Assembly (NCBI GenBank): GCA_016839605.1
Contig: JAEOTX010000022.1
Location: 1 to 56,937, forward strand
From: Candidatus Thorarchaeota archaeon
Lineage (GTDB): Archaea; Asgardarchaeota; Thorarchaeia; Thorarchaeales; Thorarchaeaceae
Reading direction: 5' to 3'
Length of the DNA stretch: 56,937 nucleotides
Shown: piece by piece, positions 18,758 through 27,004 of the stretch
How positions within the stretch are numbered: position 1 is the first letter of the stretch
Layout: the number at the start of each line of letters is the position of its first letter
Notes under the pieces: model-generated
Seen by the model: only the letters and a program-made list of their open reading frames with translations
Told to the model about the DNA's origin: nothing
Databases searched by the model: none
Translations under genes and position numbers: made by a program

Positions 18758-19588
18758 TCATTTAATCATTTCGTTGAACTTCTTTCTTAGCGACTCTACA
18801 GTTCCAAGATACACTCCTGATATACTGTAAACTTCCGATTCAAGTAAGTATGCACACTTATTTTCGAAAATGGGTCCATGAAGCTCATTCTTTGAGGAGT
18901 TTACTTGTAGTCCTGCAAACATTTTGTTGAAGCTTGGTAATGTAATCAGCGTACTAGTCTTGTCATCGGGATTCTCCAAGACTCCGATTTCCCGGCGCAC
19001 ACAGTTCTTGTCAAGATTTGACTTTAGTACGACGGGTATTACTCCCACATATCGCCGTCTATCTGGTCTATTCAAATCTGGTGCATCGACCGTTCTGACA
19101 TTGCGAAGTGTAGGATGATTGTGCCCAATCACTAGAATTTCAGTGTCTAATAGGTCCGGAGCAGGCCAAGCATGACCATGAACTAACCCCACCTTTTCCT
19201 CCTCGCCAATTACAATCCCATGCACATCCACCAATGTAATCTTTCTTGGCAGGAGTGGAAGTAGGTTCCCATCATGATTCCCTGGAACAACATAGGTTGG
19301 AGAAAGGTCTGCGAGTGCAGACATAAACTCTGGAATAAGGCTCCAGTTAAAGTGATTATGCGCAGTAATTGTGTGCTTGACATCTCCTACAATGTAAATC
19401 TCTGAAATAGAATGCTTTTCAAGAAGTGCTGATATCCTCTCCAGCATCTCATTGTGTTGTGAAGGGAACGAAACTCCTTTTGTTTCATATAATTCGTGCT
19501 CATATCCGAGATGAAGGTCGGATAACACTAGAACTGTCTTATTATCAGTCAGAATTACCAATGCACGGTCTTCAAAGACGGTTTCCAT
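18758..19588 (-). CDS. Calcineurin-like metallophosphoesterase (COG1407 type, often Lhr-associated)
   Basis: DLHLG, GDVKH, GNHD, HGH, GHNHP, LPSFN. Confidence 0.88.
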   Translation of the reverse strand: METVFEDRALVILTDNKTVLVLSDLHLGYEHELYETKGVSFPSQHNEMLERISALLEKHSISEIYIVGDVKHTITAHNHFNWSLIPEFMSALADLSPTYVVPGNHDGNLLPLLPRKITLVDVHGIVIGEEEKVGLVHGHAWPAPDLLDTEILVIGHNHPTLRNVRTVDAPDLNRPDRRRYVGVIPVVLKSNLDKNCVRREIGVLENPDDKTSTLITLPSFNKMFAGLQVNSSKNELHGPIFENKCAYLLESEVYSISGVYLGTVESLRKKFNEMIK

Positions 19589-19646
19589 TGCAATGAAACC
19601 TCAATAATACAACATTTTAACCTGAGCGTATAGACTTCTGATTGAC

Positions 19647-20033
19647 ATGGCTCTCCCTCCAAACGAAGTCAAACGCCTCTCCAAGGAAGAACTGACCCAG
19701 AGTGACATAGAGTTCTTCCGTGACAGATATGACAAAAGGTTCATTCGGGCTCTCAGAGCGGTCGAGGAGGGTAGAGCTATCAAATTTAGCTTTCAGCCAA
19801 GTGGAACCACAAAATGGGTTGTGCGTGGACAAAGACGTGAATATCTAATTGTTCCTCAAGTCTTTTGCACATGTCGCAGTTTCTATCATTCAGTGGTAAT
19901 AGATCGGGAAATCAGTATGTGCTATCATCTTCTAGCTCAACGGATTGCTGAGATTCGTAATCAATACCAATCAATCGAATCGACCGATGCAGAGAGGCGG
20001 AAAATGAGTGCCGAACTACGGCGAACCGACTGA
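19647..20033 (+). CDS. SWIM zinc-finger protein, SWS1/ZSWIM7-like
   Basis: CTCRSF-x12-CYHLLA. Confidence 0.8.
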   Translation: MALPPNEVKRLSKEELTQSDIEFFRDRYDKRFIRALRAVEEGRAIKFSFQPSGTTKWVVRGQRREYLIVPQVFCTCRSFYHSVVIDREISMCYHLLAQRIAEIRNQYQSIESTDAERRKMSAELRRTD

Positions 20034-20123
20034 GTCCTGAGGATACAATCTTCGAACTGAGGATAACTTTTTAACACGGCCCAGAGTTTGCCACGCTGAC
20101 TGAGCCAAAGGTCGGATACGCTC

Positions 20124-21212
20124 ATGCCACGTTACAGAAGAGCATCAAGCATAATCTCAGCAGTAATCGCAGTAATGATTCTTCTATCCTGCTTTCAAGT
20201 CACAGTGAGTGCACAGGCTGACCTAGATCCTATTGTTGTGCTTTATGACTCAGAGCACGAACCTCAGTTCTTAGCCGATAATGAGGAAGATGGACTCAAA
20301 CTTATGCTTGACATGGTAAATGCATCTACAAGGTACATTGTCAAGGTAAACACCGACCCAATTCGTAATAACACGCTGAGCAATGTCGATGTCCTGATAA
20401 TCGCCAGTCCAGATCAGAATGATGAGTTTACTTCATCAGAGGTGACTGCCATAGATGCAATGATGAACAATGGCAGCTCACTACTACTAATGGGCGATCC
20501 ATCTATTGGACCGAACTCGACATACTGGTCTGCCCCTCAATTTCAGGACCTAGGTGAAACGATCGCGCTGAACCGACTCCTTGATTCCCTGAACATCACT
20601 GGGCCAAGGTTCAGTGTCAACTATAGTGCATCTGCTGACACGTATTGGGGTGATGCAATGTTTGACCTTAACATGACATTGAATGAAACCTCTCCTTGGG
20701 TCCTTAGCCTAGATTCCAGCACATGGGATTCATCACATCCCATCTTCAGGAACATCAATGAGCTTATTCTGATGACATCCACACTGAAACCACTTCCTTT
20801 GGTCAGCTCAATTGCAGCTGGCTACGAAACATCGTTTGCACAATACAAATCGTCTATCAATTCAATGGGTGACTACAGCTATCTCAATCAGACCCTATTT
20901 GCGGAGAGGCCTCTATCATATTCTGCCATAAACGGGTCACTACCCTCTTGGTTGTCAGCTTTCGAATACAACAAAAGCCGAATAGTCATCTCGGGCTCCA
21001 CGATAATGTTCACTGGACGTTCACTTGACATTGAGGGCTCGGACAGTCAGTGGTTCTATTCTGCAGATAATTCACGTCTGTTCATGAACATGCTCGATTG
21101 GCTGTCAGAAGAATTCGTGGAAGCTCCTGAAGCCATTACTCCTATGCTCATTATCTCGTCAATAGTACTCGTTGTCGGTGTGGTCTTCTATATCATGAAG
21201 AAAATCAGATAG
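20124..21212 (+). CDS. Type I membrane protein with GIFT (GldG/IFT52/Wbp1-like) domain
   Basis: Signal peptide; DVLIIASP..FTSSEV..NGSSLLLMGD; SRIVISGS..F; NSRLFMNMLDWL; C-terminal TM and KKIR. Confidence 0.7.
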   Translation: MPRYRRASSIISAVIAVMILLSCFQVTVSAQADLDPIVVLYDSEHEPQFLADNEEDGLKLMLDMVNASTRYIVKVNTDPIRNNTLSNVDVLIIASPDQNDEFTSSEVTAIDAMMNNGSSLLLMGDPSIGPNSTYWSAPQFQDLGETIALNRLLDSLNITGPRFSVNYSASADTYWGDAMFDLNMTLNETSPWVLSLDSSTWDSSHPIFRNINELILMTSTLKPLPLVSSIAAGYETSFAQYKSSINSMGDYSYLNQTLFAERPLSYSAINGSLPSWLSAFEYNKSRIVISGSTIMFTGRSLDIEGSDSQWFYSADNSRLFMNMLDWLSEEFVEAPEAITPMLIISSIVLVVGVVFYIMKKIR

Positions 21213-21214
21213 CA

Positions 21215-21805
21215 TCACCATTCAGGCAGTTCCAACCCTGATTGCATTAGAATTGCCTCCACAGCATGTTTGAGGTCTGGAATTCCTTGCTTCCTATGGG
21301 CTGCTAAAGGTACCACATTTGGCTCAACTTCTGGAAGGGCTTCCCTAAGCTTAAAGATCAGATATTCAAGCTCTGCGGATCGCTCTCGTTTTTTCAGCTT
21401 GTCTATCTTATTAGCTGCAACAACAACGTACGGAGCTATTTCAGACAGAAAAGAATAGAATTCCACATCGATTGGAATCTCACCACGCGTTTCCCACCGC
21501 TCTACTAGTTTTCTAAAAAGAGAGATGTCAACTATCAAGACTGCAAGAGCAAGACGGTCACTCCACCCCTCGAGCTTCTGTACAATTGTTGTCTTCATCT
21601 CCTCAATCCCGGTCTTACTCACTCCAGACATATGCCCAAATCCTGGAATATCTACCAGTGTCACTGGTCCCAAATCAATCATGAGTTCCCATCGTGTACT
21701 TCCTGGTTTCTTGCCTACTCTTAACTTTCGGCCAGTCAGTGCCCTAATCGTACTACTCTTCCCAACATTGCTTCTTCCAGCAAAGACCACAAGAGGCGTT
21801 TTCAA
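21215..21805 (-). CDS. engB: EngB/YihA-family GTPase
   Basis: GRSNVGKSS, PGST, DIPGFG, NKID; TTG start just after the lhr stop. Confidence 0.9.
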   Translation of the reverse strand: MKTPLVVFAGRSNVGKSSTIRALTGRKLRVGKKPGSTRWELMIDLGPVTLVDIPGFGHMSGVSKTGIEEMKTTIVQKLEGWSDRLALAVLIVDISLFRKLVERWETRGEIPIDVEFYSFLSEIAPYVVVAANKIDKLKKRERSAELEYLIFKLREALPEVEPNVVPLAAHRKQGIPDLKHAVEAILMQSGLELPEW

Positions 21806-21806
21806 C

Positions 21807-24650
21807 TCAGTCCCTCCAGAATGGACGTGTCCGTGCATACTCTTTCTCTGCCTTAGCAATTTCCCTTAGAATCGAATGGCGATCTGTAAGACCTGGCTTC
21901 AAGATTCTTGCTGCAGTAGTTGCTCCAATACCTCGTCCTGCTAATACTAGTAATGCTCTCTTTCCATAATCCGATACAAGAGTTGCCATCAGCCCTCCAG
22001 CCCTGTACTTCTTTTCTTCGGGTTTTGTAAGCGGTTTACCTGCGACTCGTTTGGCAACTATTTTCTTGAAGTCCTTGTCCGTTGGAGGCAGTACTGCAAT
22101 CATTTTGGATCCGCAGACAGGACATTCGACAATATCGTCCATTGTTGAAACTGTCCGTGTTGAATCCCAGTCACCCTTTGCCATGCATACAAGTCTGAAA
22201 CGCTTCGCGAGAAGTCGGTCCTCCATCATGGCCAGCACTTCTTCCTCATCGCTAATCTCGCCAATTACCTCAAAACGAGTCTTTTCCTCAACTATGAGTC
22301 GTGCTAAATGAGAAGGACTCTCAGTTCTGGCTATATTGATCTCTAGTTCGCCTGAACTGCCCTTTTCAAATATCTCTGCCACACGCTTCTCATCCAGCTT
22401 CTCATCTAAGACCTCTCTCATCGCTTCATCAAATACAGGAGACCCTTCATAGGCCTTGACTAATCGTTTCACTGGAACTTCCCTCATCTTGGCATCCCGC
22501 CGAATGATGCCCATTCTTCTGCCGACATGTATGAATCGGGATGTAAAGTTCTGAGTAGTCTTGATTGTCTTTCTGAGAATCAAGGAAGCCTGCTCTCCAT
22601 TGTAGTCTTTCAACACATCAACGATATGTTCAGGCTCGATACGGACACTAGATGTGAACAAAATACGGTATGGGTCTCTTTCGACAGCGACACTTACTCC
22701 CATGCGTGTAGTAAGAAGCGCAGCAATCACAAGTCCAAGAGTTTCATTGGTTCTCGTGCCCAGAGGTGCATGAAGGACAAGACCAGTATGGAAGTCTTCT
22801 ATGATGAACAAGCTCTCTAATGGGAGAACGCCTAGCTCTGCTAGAGATCTCTTTACCTTCTCAATCACATGATTCTGAGCTTCATCACCTAGTCCATATT
22901 CTCTTCTCAGCCATTCCTTACCTTCATTCTCATCTCTTTCTGCCAATACATTCCAGACCTTAGCGACTTCTGTTGCCACCTCGTAAGGTACTGGAATCAT
23001 CTCCCCTATCCATCGAGGAGCTTCTGTATCAATGTCAGTTACAGGGGCACAGAGTACCTCATTCTCTTCGATACTGACAACCTGCCAAGGTCTTCCTCTT
23101 ATCACAAAGACAGATCCAGTGTCCACATTCTGTGTCACGTAGTCTTCGTCCAAGACACCAATGCTCGAACGAGTGGCCATGTCCAACGCATTGACCTTAT
23201 GCACATCAGGAATGGTACTCAGATGTTCATAATAGAATACTCGAGTTCTTTTGTTTCGGGTGACTTTGCCATTTTCCTCAGAGGCAAGTTTCTTCTCAGT
23301 CATGAAATCCAAGATACGGTCGAGATCCTCAGAGCTTAAGCGATGGTAAGGAAATGCAAGTGAGAGGACGCTCAACAGATTCGAATGTTCAATCTCCGAT
23401 GTGTCAAGTAGAAGCCCACAGATCTGATGACACAATACATCCCATGGCATCAGTGGAATCTCTGCCCTTTCAACCTTATTCACGAGAGCACGCCTAAGAA
23501 TCACACCTGATTCGGTTATGTCATCCAAATTCGCTGTTGCCAGAATGACTCCTTCTGCAGTCCTACCAATCCCATGACCTGCGCGTCCAGTACGTTGTAA
23601 TGCCCTTGACACCTCACGCGGGCTACTGTACTGGATTACGAGGTCAGCCTGGCCTATATCAATTCCAAGCTCGAGACTAGAGGTAGCAATGATGGCCTTG
23701 GAAACACCATTCTTCAGCCTCTCTTCCGCTGAAATCCGTACGTCCTTTGAAAGAGAGCCATGATGCACATCGAACTTGTATGGCGGCTTACTCGCCATCA
23801 TTTTAGCCCCAAGTGTTTCAGCAAAGGAACGTGTGTTTGTGAAGATTATAGTTGATTCATGTGTGCTGACCAGGTTGACAATTCTATCAAGTCGAGCTGC
23901 TGAGTGTGGAGGATATACCAATTTTCTTGCCAGTTTTCTGTGTTGGGGGCTTGGAACTGGTGCCTCTACTCTTAGGCTCATCCTTCGTGAATCATAACCC
24001 GCCCAGATTGTCTTCACAGTCCGAGCCGATCCCCCAAGAAACTTTGCGACTTCTCCAGTATTGCCAACTGTAGCTGAGAGGCCCACACGTTGAATCGGGC
24101 CGTCAACAAGATGTTCTAATCGCTCGAGTCCCAAGCTAAGCTGAGTCCCCCGTTTACTATCGGCAAGCTCATGAATCTCATCAACAACCACCGCGAAGAC
24201 GGTCTTTAGGTGATACCTTAGACGTTTTCCAGGGAGAATCGCTTGAAGTGTTTCTGGAGTTGTTATCAGCAAGTTAGGCGGTTTCAAGGCTTGTTTTCTG
24301 CGTTGGTATTGGGTTGTGTCACCATGACGTACAGCCACAGTCAGTCCAAGATGCTCACACAGATCCTCGATTCTCTTGAACACATCACGATTGAGAGCTC
24401 TCAACGGTGTGATATAGAGTATGTAGAACCCGAAGAGCTCACGTTGACTCTTCAGCTTTTGGAGCCTGTCCAATAGTGGCAAGACTGCAGCTTCAGTCTT
24501 TCCGCTTCCAGTAGGAGATAGAAGAAGTGCATTCTGTTTCTCACTCATAATAACTGGAATGGCCTTTTCCTGAATAGGAGTGGCTGACGCAATGCCCTGA
24601 TGTACTAGGAAATCAACGATATTCCTACTAAGGTGTGAGAACGCACTCAT
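21807..24650 (-). CDS. lhr: Lhr-like ATP-dependent helicase
   Basis: PTGSGKT, DEIH, SAT, HHGSLS, SSLELGID, QRTGRAGH, WIGE. Confidence 0.93.
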   Translation of the reverse strand: MSAFSHLSRNIVDFLVHQGIASATPIQEKAIPVIMSEKQNALLLSPTGSGKTEAAVLPLLDRLQKLKSQRELFGFYILYITPLRALNRDVFKRIEDLCEHLGLTVAVRHGDTTQYQRRKQALKPPNLLITTPETLQAILPGKRLRYHLKTVFAVVVDEIHELADSKRGTQLSLGLERLEHLVDGPIQRVGLSATVGNTGEVAKFLGGSARTVKTIWAGYDSRRMSLRVEAPVPSPQHRKLARKLVYPPHSAARLDRIVNLVSTHESTIIFTNTRSFAETLGAKMMASKPPYKFDVHHGSLSKDVRISAEERLKNGVSKAIIATSSLELGIDIGQADLVIQYSSPREVSRALQRTGRAGHGIGRTAEGVILATANLDDITESGVILRRALVNKVERAEIPLMPWDVLCHQICGLLLDTSEIEHSNLLSVLSLAFPYHRLSSEDLDRILDFMTEKKLASEENGKVTRNKRTRVFYYEHLSTIPDVHKVNALDMATRSSIGVLDEDYVTQNVDTGSVFVIRGRPWQVVSIEENEVLCAPVTDIDTEAPRWIGEMIPVPYEVATEVAKVWNVLAERDENEGKEWLRREYGLGDEAQNHVIEKVKRSLAELGVLPLESLFIIEDFHTGLVLHAPLGTRTNETLGLVIAALLTTRMGVSVAVERDPYRILFTSSVRIEPEHIVDVLKDYNGEQASLILRKTIKTTQNFTSRFIHVGRRMGIIRRDAKMREVPVKRLVKAYEGSPVFDEAMREVLDEKLDEKRVAEIFEKGSSGELEINIARTESPSHLARLIVEEKTRFEVIGEISDEEEVLAMMEDRLLAKRFRLVCMAKGDWDSTRTVSTMDDIVECPVCGSKMIAVLPPTDKDFKKIVAKRVAGKPLTKPEEKKYRAGGLMATLVSDYGKRALLVLAGRGIGATTAARILKPGLTDRHSILREIAKAEKEYARTRPFWRD

Positions 24651-24880
24651 GCAGAAGTCATCCTTCTCACTAGATGTTGCATTTCGTTGATTAATATGCG
24701 CAAATCTGTTCGGAGTGTCACTTCCGCTTCTTCCATTTCGCGCTCAAGATTCTGAATAATGTCCTCAAGAGAATGACCATGACCAGCTAGCCCTTCGACT
24801 ATGGCCCTCACAGAGTCCAGATTTGCCATATGTCCCGCTGAGTTTTCAAAAGCGCGAAGAAGTATGTCATCAGAACTCAT
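24647..24880 (-). CDS. Small helical hypothetical protein, coupled to lhr
   Basis: ATGA overlap with lhr start; GGAGG upstream. Confidence 0.7.
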   Translation of the reverse strand: MSSDDILLRAFENSAGHMANLDSVRAIVEGLAGHGHSLEDIIQNLEREMEEAEVTLRTDLRILINEMQHLVRRMTSA

Positions 24881-24908
24881 CTTGAGTAGCCTCCGCTACT
24901 CCTTAGGC

Positions 24909-25025
24909 CTATTCGTCTTCTTCCTCTCCCCAGACAGCATAGGCTAGGATCATCATTAGGGCGACAATACCCATCGTAACTAGAATAAGGAACATAATTG
25001 ACTCGATGAGTATGGTTGTCTGCAT
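24909..25025 (-). CDS. 38-aa single-TM micro-protein (MQTTILIESIMFLILVTMGIVALMMILAYAVWGEEEDE), Ost4-like
   Basis: Manually translated, absent from ORF track; TTATAA about 30 nt upstream of ATG (leaderless layout). Confidence 0.65.
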   Translation of the reverse strand: MQTTILIESIMFLILVTMGIVALMMILAYAVWGEEEDE

Positions 25026-25086
25026 AGGAATCCCGCGTTCTCGGATTTACTCCGCTTATAACCATTGCTGATTATTGGTCTTTGTA

Positions 25087-25341
25087 CTAAGTAACCTCGG
25101 CCTTCCTACTCTCGTAGAACTTGTCGATGAATGCGCCATAGATATCAACAGCTTCTGTCAAGGGGTTAACCTCATCAATAGACATCTCAAGTCCACATGA
25201 GCCACACTTGACACTAGCGAAGCCATTGTTACGATACAGTTCAATCTTGATTGAAGTGTTTCCACAGTCAGGACATGGATATACATCTGGTATACGCTTC
25301 TGAGGACGCCGTCGCACTTTTTGTCTTCGTCTTCTTCCCAT
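25087..25341 (-). CDS. elf1: Transcription elongation factor Elf1
   Basis: Basic MGRRRR N-terminus; CPDC...CGSC; EAVDIYGAFID. Confidence 0.9.
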   Translation of the reverse strand: MGRRRRQKVRRRPQKRIPDVYPCPDCGNTSIKIELYRNNGFASVKCGSCGLEMSIDEVNPLTEAVDIYGAFIDKFYESRKAEVT

Positions 25342-25501
25342 GATGATTCACCTCTACCTATGTCCCACAAAAGGGGGAAAGAGCCCAATAGAAGTAGAGC
25401 GGGCTGCACCTTACTGGAATTCATTTAAGCCTTATGATGCCTCAAAACCAACCCACCAAAGCAAAGCGTTCTTATTGGCAACTGGTACGCAGCTGAACAC
25501 G

Positions 25502-25741
25502 ATGTCAGACCTCTCTCGAAACGCACAATGCGTATTGAAGATTCTTCAGAATGCCACAGATCCGCTCACGACAGCTGAGATTCTTGAGATTGCACGTAGT
25601 GATGAATATGGAGATATATGTCAGGACTGTGCTGGCGGTGACACATTTGTTATCGCAGCGCGGCAGCTTGTAGACGTGGGTTTCATTACAAGGAAGCTTG
25701 GGAAGGGAGGGTATCGTTGGCAAATGGCTAGGGGTGAATGA
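25502..25741 (+). CDS. Small winged-helix-like protein with CxxC
   Basis: VLKILQ..PLTTAEI..CQDC..LVDVGFI..GGYRW; overlaps sufS start. Confidence 0.6.
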   Translation: MSDLSRNAQCVLKILQNATDPLTTAEILEIARSDEYGDICQDCAGGDTFVIAARQLVDVGFITRKLGKGGYRWQMARGE

Positions 25742-26979
25742 TTAGCATGTTAGAAGTAAGAGATGATTTTCCAGTTCTGAACCGCAAGATCAATGGCAGA
25801 CCCCTTGTGTATCTTGACAGCGCCTGCATGGCCCTAAAGCCTAGGCAAGTAGTTGCAGCCATGAACGAGTACTATGAACAATATCCAGCCTGTGGAGGGC
25901 GTAGTATCCATAAGCTTGGGGAGGAGGCGTCCAACGCTTATACTGCCTCTCGCGAGAAGTTCGCACGCTTTCTCAATGCCACAGAAATCGAGGAATGCAT
26001 CTGGACACGAAACGCAACAGAGTCACTAAACATTGTCGCGGCTTGTGTAGACTTACCCAAGGACGCCAAGATTGTGACATCCACACTAGAACATCATAGC
26101 GGATCACTCCCATTTGTGGAACGTGCTCGAAGAGATGGTCTGAAGATTGAGGTAGTCAAGGCCAAGCAGGATGGGACTTTTGACATCGAGGACTGGAAAC
26201 AGGTGATTGATCGCAAGACGAAGCTGGTTTCTATCGTACATTCATCAAATGTTACAGGAACAGTCGCTCCATTAGGGGAGATCATTGAGATTGCTCATGA
26301 CCGTGGTGCCTTGGTCATGTCTGACGATGCACAATACGCTCCACATCATCCACTAGATGTTCAGGAGTCAGATGTTGACTTTTCAGCGATATCAGTCCAC
26401 AAGATGTGTGGTCCTACTGGTATGGGTGTTCTTTACGGAAAACTAGACCTTCTCAAGTCGATGGACATGTTTCTTGTGGGAGGCGACACAGTTTCAGATG
26501 TTCGCTATGAGAATGGGAAGATAATCCCTGAGTATCTTCCGCCCCCTGAGAAGTTCGAGGCAGGTCTCCAGAACTATGCTGGTGCCATAGGTGCTGGTGC
26601 TGCTGCAGAGTATCTGACCGGCATAGGAATGGGTGAAATTGAAAAACATGAACGTGCTCTCCTTAACATAGCTTTGAAAGACCTGAAGAACTCAAAGCAC
26701 ATCAGAATCCTAGGCACTGACGACATCGACATGAAGACCGGTCTTGTAACCTTCAGTCTCGACACCGTGGAGGCAGCACATGATGTAGCTGCATTCCTGA
26801 ATGATGAATACAGCGTCATGGTCCGTTCAGGTTGGCATTGCGCTGGGCCTTTTCACTATCAGATGGGAATCAAACCTTCAGTGGGAACTGTACGAGCTAG
26901 TTTCTATCTCTACAATAATACAGATGATGTGAAGACCTTCCTTGAGGGAATGCATGCGCTGATTGAGGCGACATCATAG
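25738..26979 (+). CDS. sufS: Cysteine desulfurase, SufS-like (group II)
   Basis: LVYLDSA, EHHS, SVHKMCGPTG, RSGWHCA, RASFYLYN. Confidence 0.9.
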   Translation: MISMLEVRDDFPVLNRKINGRPLVYLDSACMALKPRQVVAAMNEYYEQYPACGGRSIHKLGEEASNAYTASREKFARFLNATEIEECIWTRNATESLNIVAACVDLPKDAKIVTSTLEHHSGSLPFVERARRDGLKIEVVKAKQDGTFDIEDWKQVIDRKTKLVSIVHSSNVTGTVAPLGEIIEIAHDRGALVMSDDAQYAPHHPLDVQESDVDFSAISVHKMCGPTGMGVLYGKLDLLKSMDMFLVGGDTVSDVRYENGKIIPEYLPPPEKFEAGLQNYAGAIGAGAAAEYLTGIGMGEIEKHERALLNIALKDLKNSKHIRILGTDDIDMKTGLVTFSLDTVEAAHDVAAFLNDEYSVMVRSGWHCAGPFHYQMGIKPSVGTVRASFYLYNNTDDVKTFLEGMHALIEATS

Positions 26980-27004
26980 ATTAAAACCGAGGGACGACTG
27001 ACAC

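Noticed and set aside
24877-25065. 62-aa ORF from the track
   Set aside because: The alternative frame 24909-25025 gives a coherent TM peptide with a correctly placed TATA box
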